IMG/VR virus record: IMGVR_UViG_3300043177_000198 | Span: 1 to 30,314 of that record | Length of the DNA stretch: 30,314 nt | Reading direction: 5' to 3' (one strand) | DNA from: a virus | Taxonomy: Duplodnaviria; Caudoviricetes | Position numbers and translations under genes: made by a program | The notes under the pieces: generated by a model | What the model saw: the letters and a program-made list of their open reading frames with translations, nothing else | Told to the model about the DNA's origin: nothing | Databases searched by the model: none | In this document: positions 24,167 to 30,314 of the stretch, piece by piece | How the letters are laid out: each line of letters starts with the position of its first letter | How positions within the stretch are numbered: position 1 is the first letter of the stretch

Positions 24167-26142
24167 GGCATAAACCCTCGTCCGGTAGATTGCAGAACAG
24201 GATTGACGCCCTGGGCCGGTTGAGCCGGCAGTTCGGGGGCCTCATAAGCTCCGCCAGGCATCTGTTCGGGCGACGGCACCCCGGGCGCCCGCATCAACTC
24301 CTGCGGGCTGATCCCGGCCAACTGCGCGACCTGCGCCACGACAGGCATAAGCTGCGGCATTTGGGCCGACATCGGCAGGATGGCGGAAAGGAGTGCCTTC
24401 AGCGCCCCAACGAAATTGGGGTCGGAGACGAAATCAGACGCGTTCTTATACCCCATCGCGTCCAGCATCTCCTTTAGCACGTTATAAACGTTCTGGGCAT
24501 TTACGACGGGGACACCGAGCCTGAATATCTGGGCGAAGATGCCGAGCAACTGCTGCATTTGGATGACAATGTTGTCCTTATTTCTCGTCCCGAGGCCGAC
24601 ATTCACGGCAACGTCATATTTGCCGACGATGTTGTCTGGCGTTATCTCGACCCACTCGTTCAAGTAGCGGATGGAACGCTTCTTCGTCAGGAACATGATG
24701 TTGAGATTGACTATCTCATTGACCAATGGGGCGATGGCCATTTCTGCGATGATCCTGGCCAAATGCTGTATCCGCTGGCTGGCCAACTCGACCTGCTGTG
24801 ATTGGCCTCGGAATGTCCGGTGCTGGGTCGCCGGCAATACGCCCTGGTAACTGCGCGGGACGCCGCTATGATAATCCCGCTCGCTCAACAGTGTTTCCAG
24901 CAGCCCGAAAACCTCGGCTGGAAGCGGCGCCTTTTGTTCAGGGAAGATAGCCGCTCTCGGGTCGCCCGTAACACGGATGACGGCGTTTGTGGTATTGTTA
25001 TTCAACAGGTCGTCAAGATTGACCCTCGAAACATCTGCCGCAACTCTGCGGTAGTTCGTCTGGTAGCAATTATCGATGACCTGCCGCAGAAGCTCGGTTC
25101 TGAGTTTTTGAATGTTCTTAAGCAGGTCGTAGAAGCTCAAGCCCATCATCCGGTGGCTTACTTTTATGGGAGTCCAGACGACGAACGGTGGTCTGCCGTA
25201 TGGGTTTTCGGATTCCTCAAGAACCGTCATCCCGCACAAGTGCACGACTTTGGGTGTCCCGTCGTCGTCGCGGAAATAACACTCATATACGATGTATTCG
25301 TCCTTTTCCTGGTCATAATAAAAGACCTTTCCACCCAAATCCAGAAACCGCTGTTCATTTACGACCCTGTCAACGGGATTAGTGCTTTCTCCGGTCTTGA
25401 CTTCATCGAGCTTGTCTGAACCGTATCTCTCGACAAACTTCCATTTCGGCATGGAGACACGGTGATAAACGAATTTGGCATCGTCGAGTTCGCGGATCAT
25501 CGTGGGCATTCCAAAGTCTTCCGGTGGAACCACATCGATTTCTGGATATTCGTCGTAAATGATGTAATCGACGGTCATGTCATACGTGCTGACCTCGGGC
25601 TGCTGGACTTCGAGCGAAACGGAGTCGCGCACTTCAGGCTGTTCGGTGTGCTTGATTAGCCCTACGACTTCCGCATTTTCCTCGGCGGCCTTGGCTTCGT
25701 ATTCTTCCTGCGAGAGGCCGAGATACTGCTTCCTGATTTTTTGCGTGCTCGTTACCCATTGGTATTTCACGACGCCAATTTTCATGAGCAGAGCATCACT
25801 GATCCAATCGTGCATTATCAGATACCACTTGTTCCGGACGCGCAGTTGATAATCTATGAGAAGCTGAAGCTTTTTTACGGCGGGGGCGTCCATTTCGTCG
25901 GTGGGCTGAAGGGAGATACAGTCGTTCTTTCCGGCGAATATTTCAAGAAGCGCGGGCTTGAGCCATTCCACGGTATCCATGAGGTCGGAAGTTGTAACCG
26001 TGCTTCTCCCCTCAACGGTCTGAACGATGTCGGAATCACCGCGATAGAAGCGCAATGCGTCTTCGCGGTCTGTATTCAGCGCCTCAACATCTCTTTTTAT
26101 CCTGCCTATCTGGTCCAGGCAATGGGCTACGACATTGTCCAT
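24163..26142 (-). CDS. Portal protein (659 aa)
   Basis: ALRFYRG...GRSTVTTSDLMDTVEWLKPALLEIF, DALLMKIGVVK, VPPEDF, PFVVWTPI and YDVAVNVGLG motifs; Pro/Gln-rich tail; follows TerL. Confidence 0.92.
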   Translation of the reverse strand: MDNVVAHCLDQIGRIKRDVEALNTDREDALRFYRGDSDIVQTVEGRSTVTTSDLMDTVEWLKPALLEIFAGKNDCISLQPTDEMDAPAVKKLQLLIDYQLRVRNKWYLIMHDWISDALLMKIGVVKYQWVTSTQKIRKQYLGLSQEEYEAKAAEENAEVVGLIKHTEQPEVRDSVSLEVQQPEVSTYDMTVDYIIYDEYPEIDVVPPEDFGMPTMIRELDDAKFVYHRVSMPKWKFVERYGSDKLDEVKTGESTNPVDRVVNEQRFLDLGGKVFYYDQEKDEYIVYECYFRDDDGTPKVVHLCGMTVLEESENPYGRPPFVVWTPIKVSHRMMGLSFYDLLKNIQKLRTELLRQVIDNCYQTNYRRVAADVSRVNLDDLLNNNTTNAVIRVTGDPRAAIFPEQKAPLPAEVFGLLETLLSERDYHSGVPRSYQGVLPATQHRTFRGQSQQVELASQRIQHLARIIAEMAIAPLVNEIVNLNIMFLTKKRSIRYLNEWVEITPDNIVGKYDVAVNVGLGTRNKDNIVIQMQQLLGIFAQIFRLGVPVVNAQNVYNVLKEMLDAMGYKNASDFVSDPNFVGALKALLSAILPMSAQMPQLMPVVAQVAQLAGISPQELMRAPGVPSPEQMPGGAYEAPELPAQPAQGVNPVLQSTGRGFMP

Positions 26143-26158
26143 CTCAACCCTCGTGTAT

Positions 26159-26186
26159 ATGATAATGATTTCTTAAGCATTTGCAA
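26159..26186 (-). promoter_or_regulatory. Possible internal promoter upstream of the portal (TTGCAA-16-TATCAT)
   Basis: AT-rich 46-nt intergenic gap; minus strand TTGCAA atgcttaagaaatcat TATCAT, then GAGGG SD. Confidence 0.45.
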
Positions 26187-26188
26187 GC

Positions 26189-27598
26189 CTACAGCAATCC
26201 AGGGCGGGCGTATGGGAGTTTTTTGGTATAAATATCAGGCGGTAGATACCTCGTGCCGCTCAAGACGAATCGGTATAGGTTTTCCATAAAGTGGTCGTTT
26301 ACATCGCTGATATCCCCATCCTTCGTGTAGTTATATCTCATGATTTCCCATATATGACGGCGGCACGTCGAGAAAAAGAAAAGGGCCGGCATTTTATTAC
26401 TCCCTTGGAGGAGGCCCTTGACTGCCAGGATGCCGCTGTGTTTGTCTTTCGATGCCAAGTTGGTTATGATGCCTTCCGGCCGCAGTTTGTCCGAAAGAAC
26501 AGAGAATGAATCAGGGATGCCGATACGGTTCTTCATATATTGCGAATCGCCCTTGGCCAGTGGGTCAATATAAACCTGGCGGATATTCCATACCTTGGTT
26601 TTCTTTTTCCGGATGATAGCGTCGGCTATCTCCTCGGGGGACATATTCTGCCATATCTCGTCTATCGCATAGTGCCGGCCGAATTTGTCTACCGCATAAA
26701 ATCCAACGGCCTGCGGGATGCTTAAGTGGATGTCTATACAGACAACAACGGGCCAATCCGAGGGTATCTCGAACGGCTCGATAATGTGCTTGTCCTGGCT
26801 GAACTCCTTGTAAACGAGACCTTGCAACTGTAGCCAGCCGCCTTCAATCCTCGCCTTTTTTTCGTCTTCCGTCAGGCTGGACTCAAAATCCGCGATATCG
26901 GCTTCCTTAAGGTAGGTGTTTGCCCGCATGGGGACTTCCGTCACGGCGCCCACGTTCGGGTCTTGCTTAAGCACTATCTCATCGAGGATCCAGCTTTCAT
27001 AAACGGCGGTCATGCTTAATATAGCAACCCCGCCATAATCTACTAGGCCGCGCTTATTGGCAACATACTTATCTCGAGGCGGCGGCTCATCGAATACCAC
27101 CAAGTGGCCGCTCCAGCCTTCGTGCTGCTTTGTTTCCTGAATATGGGTCAGCAGTTCTATGACGCTGCCGGTGCCGGAGAAAAACCACGTCGCTTCAACT
27201 CCAACATTGTTCTTCTTGGTCATATATGAACCGGCCGGGAACCATTCTTTCATCGCGGGAATGATCATATCCCTCGCATGTGTCTCCCAATCGACACATA
27301 TCACCCGCACCCGTATGGGTTTCTTGCCGAACGGCGTCGAGCCCTTATCCCACGGTCTATGGCCAAGGCAGCAGGCGCCTACAACATTCACCCAAAACAC
27401 GGTTTTCCCAATCCGGTTTCCGCCCTGAAGGATTACGGTTTTCTTCCCAGAAAGGAAGTATTCGAGCGCCTTGGCTTGGTGGGGAAGCGGCTGCCAGAAC
27501 TCAATTTTATGTGTATTCCGGTAAGCGGCTTCCTGCTCTTGAAGCTCAAGCAGCCGCAGCTTCGCCCGCAAGTAATCGCCGTGATTCTCAATCTCCAT
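26189..27598 (-). CDS. terL: Terminase large subunit
   Basis: Q-motif PHQ, Walker A GGNRIGKT, Walker B LVVFDEPP, coupling motif SMTA, nuclease acidic residues CIDIH, YIDP and NDHFMENLYR. Confidence 0.95.
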   Translation of the reverse strand: MEIENHGDYLRAKLRLLELQEQEAAYRNTHKIEFWQPLPHQAKALEYFLSGKKTVILQGGNRIGKTVFWVNVVGACCLGHRPWDKGSTPFGKKPIRVRVICVDWETHARDMIIPAMKEWFPAGSYMTKKNNVGVEATWFFSGTGSVIELLTHIQETKQHEGWSGHLVVFDEPPPRDKYVANKRGLVDYGGVAILSMTAVYESWILDEIVLKQDPNVGAVTEVPMRANTYLKEADIADFESSLTEDEKKARIEGGWLQLQGLVYKEFSQDKHIIEPFEIPSDWPVVVCIDIHLSIPQAVGFYAVDKFGRHYAIDEIWQNMSPEEIADAIIRKKKTKVWNIRQVYIDPLAKGDSQYMKNRIGIPDSFSVLSDKLRPEGIITNLASKDKHSGILAVKGLLQGSNKMPALFFFSTCRRHIWEIMRYNYTKDGDISDVNDHFMENLYRFVLSGTRYLPPDIYTKKLPYARPGLL

Positions 27599-27845
27599 CT
27601 TTCAGCAAGTCCTCGACGGATATTATATTATTACTCGCCTGACGATAAAAGTGGATGATTCTTTTCGCGTCTTCCGCCTTGACTGCGTTTACTTGGCACA
27701 TCTTATGGCCGCGCAAGGTGCGGACATGGTGCTTTTCGATATTCATCGAGGAAATCCTCATTCTGATGGTTTTTTCGCCCAGGCCGAGATACGCCGCCAA
27801 ATCCTCAACCGCGACGAACTTGTCGCCCATTGCCTTTTCGCTCAT
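27588..27845 (-). CDS. HTH DNA-binding protein (85 aa), candidate terminase small subunit
   Basis: SD GGAGGA before ATG 27845; VAVEDLAAYLGLGEKTIRMRI is an HTH; overlaps the TerL start. Confidence 0.6.
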   Translation of the reverse strand: MSEKAMGDKFVAVEDLAAYLGLGEKTIRMRISSMNIEKHHVRTLRGHKMCQVNAVKAEDAKRIIHFYRQASNNIISVEDLLKDGD

Positions 27846-27919
27846 CAATTCCTCCAGGCTTAAAACTTTTACCGGAAATTCCGCCAATGGCCAATCATGC
27901 GGCTCAAATGGCGGTATAT

Positions 27920-28711
27920 CTAAAGCGACTCTGCGTGCACTGCGAGCGATGGGATGTGAAACAACACGGGCCACCATGCTGCGACCTTCCTTTCCTCAAC
28001 ATCGAATACCACAAAGCCGAGATGAACGATATTTTCGCACTCGCGGATGCCGTATATCGAATTGTATTGGAGTGCCGGCGTTATCACGGCGAGCTTCGAG
28101 GCAGAGCCGGTGTAGCAGAAATAATGGACGTGTGAGCGCACCACAACATCGGCATAGGGCTGCCGGCCGGTGGCTGCCCAGAGGTCATTCCAGATTGCCG
28201 CCCTTGCCGCAGGAGTGTATTGACCATACGGGACAGAGCTTCTTCCCACCCTGTGTTTAACGTCGAAAACGACGCCCTCGACATTCAAAAACAAATGGCC
28301 CGAAACGCGCACGTCCATATCATGGTTCAAAGAATCGCGAAGCAGGCTTTCAAAATCTTCCCCGCCGCCGACATGATAGCGCGTGCCGTATGTTATCCTA
28401 ACCTTCGGCGCCCCTATAAATTCGATGATCCGCTTCGCCATCCTGACCTGCTCGTGCCTATCTGAAGTTATCAGTTCTATTCCGCCGGTCTTTTCACCTT
28501 TACCCTCAATCATGTCCCCGTTGCAGACAAGCACATGGCACGGCCGGAGCTTGTCTATCTCCGACGCGAACGCCTCCCACATCGCCCTTTGAAAACTTCG
28601 GTGTTTTTGAAGCCTATCATCCTCTGTCTCCTCGGCCGCCCACCATTCCGGCGGCGTAAGCCCGAACTTGTGTCCACAATGGGTGTCGGAGATAACGATA
28701 ATGCGTTTCAT
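27920..28711 (-). CDS. Calcineurin-like metallophosphoesterase (263 aa)
   Basis: SD GGAGGT; motifs ISDTHCG, NGDMIEG, GTRYH (variant of GNH), VKH and RSHVH. Confidence 0.85.
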   Translation of the reverse strand: MKRIIVISDTHCGHKFGLTPPEWWAAEETEDDRLQKHRSFQRAMWEAFASEIDKLRPCHVLVCNGDMIEGKGEKTGGIELITSDRHEQVRMAKRIIEFIGAPKVRITYGTRYHVGGGEDFESLLRDSLNHDMDVRVSGHLFLNVEGVVFDVKHRVGRSSVPYGQYTPAARAAIWNDLWAATGRQPYADVVVRSHVHYFCYTGSASKLAVITPALQYNSIYGIRECENIVHLGFVVFDVEERKVAAWWPVLFHIPSLAVHAESL

Positions 28712-29187
28712 TTTACCTCCTTGGGCCGCGCTCTCGCACGCGAATAGAATTCCTGCCCGTAGAGCAGCAGCCATAACGCATCAGCCTCATGCTCGTCGGT
28801 TATCCGCGTGCCGATACGTGCGGAAATCCGGTCGATGAGCACCTGCTTTTCGGCGCGCCCTGAACCGACAGCCCACTTCTTCAGCTTGCCCGTGTGGACT
28901 GCCGCGTATTCTATACCCCCCGCAGCGCAATTTTCCATGATTCGTGTGGTAAAGCCGACCAGCAGCTCTGTCGCGTAGCCGCCGCGAAAATGAGCCTGCT
29001 CATACACCACCAACTTGGGACTGAATGTTTGCAGCATTTCGCGGAACCAAGTATTGAACTTAAGAAAGCGGAGGCCTGGTGAGCTGCCCCGGCTGGTCAC
29101 GAAGACCTGGACGCCGCTCGACAGTGCCCCGTAATGCAACACAGCCCATCCGCAATAGGTGCCTGGGTCGATTGCGAGGATGTTCAT
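28708..29187 (-). CDS. RuvC-like Holliday junction resolvase (phage type)
   Basis: ILAIDPG, VVYEQ, LKKWAVGSGRAEK and HEADAL catalytic motifs. Confidence 0.88.
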   Translation of the reverse strand: MNILAIDPGTYCGWAVLHYGALSSGVQVFVTSRGSSPGLRFLKFNTWFREMLQTFSPKLVVYEQAHFRGGYATELLVGFTTRIMENCAAGGIEYAAVHTGKLKKWAVGSGRAEKQVLIDRISARIGTRITDEHEADALWLLLYGQEFYSRARARPKEVK

Positions 29188-29293
29188 TCTTCTCCCTCCG
29201 CTTCCTTAATTGCTCGATGATTTCGTAGGCGAATTGCGGGATGATACCGCGCAACAAGTCGACGCGTGTAAGTGTGTCATCCACCTTTCCCAT
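29184..29293 (-). pseudogene. Probable decayed C-terminal remnant of a DNA (cytosine-5) methyltransferase
   Basis: MGKVDDTLTRVDLLRG-IIPQFAYEII, then after a 1-nt frameshift xAIKEAEGEE*; resembles phage Dcm C-termini (RVxDG...RVDRLRGLGNAIVPQxAYEIxxAI); the shifted-frame stop forms an ATGA overlap with RuvC. Confidence 0.5.
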
Positions 29294-29409
29294 CGTCTAT
29301 CCTGCTTATTTTCTCCCACTTCTTCTGGGTTTTCTCCACCTACTGCGCCGGAAAGTCATGTCCCGCGAATCCCAGCCACCCACTCATCGAGCAGAGCCTC
29401 GGCCTGTTC

Positions 29410-29592
29410 TCAGGTTGGAAGGACGGCCAGCCAAATATCTTTATCTTCCCACTCGCCTATCACTAACCACCCTGCCTCGTGTAAGCGACCCGTTTTCTCA
29501 TTCCGCTCCTTCTTGACGGCTACATAGAGCCGCCTGAAAGAACCAGCATTGTAATATACCCCGTCTATAGGCGACTTGATAAATGCGCTCAT
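29410..29592 (-). CDS. Hypothetical protein, 60 aa (possibly truncated by a premature TGA; the frame continues to 29356)
   Basis: ATGA-coupled to DUF3310 with SD GGAGG; after TGA the frame reads EQAEALLDEWVAGIRGT*. Confidence 0.55.
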   Translation of the reverse strand: MSAFIKSPIDGVYYNAGSFRRLYVAVKKERNEKTGRLHEAGWLVIGEWEDKDIWLAVLPT

Positions 29593-29876
29593 TTCGCTTC
29601 CCGCCTCCCCACCCTATCGCGCTTATTAGATATTCTTGGCAGCTTGGCTGCATCCTCCCCCTCCCACTCAATTAGCCAATTCAAATACACCCGCGCCTTC
29701 TTCAAGTCCTCTACCCCATTCTTGTCCCGATACCGATACAAATACTTGATGATGTTCCCCGCAAAATACCCCCTCACCCCATCAGGCGGGAAACTCCCCA
29801 TAATATACTCGACCGGCTGTATCCCCGCCTTGTCGTAGTGAGCCTGCCGCCCTAACAGCTCGCCCTTACCCTTCAT
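29589..29876 (-). CDS. DUF3310 family protein (SaV / T7 gp1.7-related domain)
   Basis: HY...IQPVEYI...GYFAGNIIKYLYRYRDKNGVEDLKKARVYLNWLIE is the DUF3310 signature. Confidence 0.9.
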   Translation of the reverse strand: MKGKGELLGRQAHYDKAGIQPVEYIMGSFPPDGVRGYFAGNIIKYLYRYRDKNGVEDLKKARVYLNWLIEWEGEDAAKLPRISNKRDRVGRREAK

Positions 29877-30085
29877 CCCTTCCCACTCCGCCTCGGCAAC
29901 CGCTTCCCCCTACTCTCCCTCAAGTGCTCCTCCAACTCCACCGTCGTTATCCCCACCATCTTCGGCTCCTTTCCAGCCCTCCTCCTCGCCAACTCCGCCC
30001 CAAATAACCCCCGCTGCTTCTTGCTCACTATCGGCGTGTGCTTCCTCACCCCACCCTTCCCACACCCCAATAAACCCGTCATCAT
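29873..30085 (-). CDS. Small basic hypothetical protein (70 aa)
   Basis: SD AAAGGAGGT before ATG 30085; HTPIVSKKQRGLFGAELARRRAGK; ATGA overlap with DUF3310. Confidence 0.68.
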   Translation of the reverse strand: MMTGLLGCGKGGVRKHTPIVSKKQRGLFGAELARRRAGKEPKMVGITTVELEEHLRESRGKRLPRRSGKG

Positions 30086-30151
30086 AAACCTCCTTTCCAG
30101 CCTTCCTCGGCAGCCCACCCACCCCCACCTCATTCCCATCCCAAGACCCAA

Positions 30152-30180
30152 ATTATAACACCACCCCTAGTGTATTTCAA
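30152..30180 (-). promoter_or_regulatory. sigma70-type promoter with extended -10 (TTGAAA-17-TATAAT, TG immediately upstream of -10 with a 1-nt gap)
   Basis: Minus strand TTGAAA tacactaggggtggtgt TATAAT (-35 at 30180-30175, -10 at 30157-30152). Confidence 0.8.
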
Positions 30181-30314
30181 GACTTCTGCCCCTATAGAAG
30201 CCAGCTTCAATTTTTCTACCCAGAGAGGGGTGTCATTATACCGTTTCCTCCTACCCCTGCCCCCAACCCCCCCCACACCCCGTTAGGGTTAACCCGCCGG
30301 AAACACAACCACGC

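Noticed and set aside
29060-29293. 77-aa ORF as a real protein
   Set aside because: More than half overlaps ruvC out of frame; better explained as a frameshifted methyltransferase remnant.
30214-30254. AGGAGG...TATAATG mini-ORF (MTPLSG*) or second promoter
   Set aside because: Only six codons and no matching -35 element; cannot be supported.
1-30314. Alternative genetic code (TGA or TAG reassignment)
   Set aside because: Standard-code ORFs tile the minus strand densely, and TGA, TAG and TAA all end well-defined genes; only one suspicious internal TGA was seen.

Overview
This window is a contiguous piece of a tailed dsDNA phage or prophage with podovirus-type architecture. Every credible gene is on the minus strand. 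Read in the direction of transcription (right to left), it starts with a sigma70-type promoter and small accessory genes: a basic protein, DUF3310, a stop-interrupted ORF and a probable C5 DNA-methyltransferase remnant. Next come a RuvC-like resolvase, a metallophosphoesterase and an HTH protein (possible TerS). The head genes follow: TerL, portal, scaffold, N4-gp56-type major capsid and a zinc-finger protein. After them are the adaptor, nozzle and a four-gene fibre/appendage block. Then come a GNAT-like gp13-type protein and five predicted ejection proteins ending in a 2245-aa multidomain protein, followed by a 3TM-type holin, a GH24 endolysin and a DUF3102-like gene. A second, perfect-consensus promoter drives an RHH regulator, a Bet/RecT recombinase and a gene truncated at the window edge. 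I saw no tRNA, rRNA, CRISPR array, integrase, reverse transcriptase or IS. I cannot demonstrate a new system from sequence alone. The best candidates are (i) the giant ejection protein, with a zincin HExxH domain, a sliding-clamp-like domain and an inserted YDYR/HWP domain, and (ii) the modular fibre block. All family calls are by-eye motif recognition plus gene order, not database searches.
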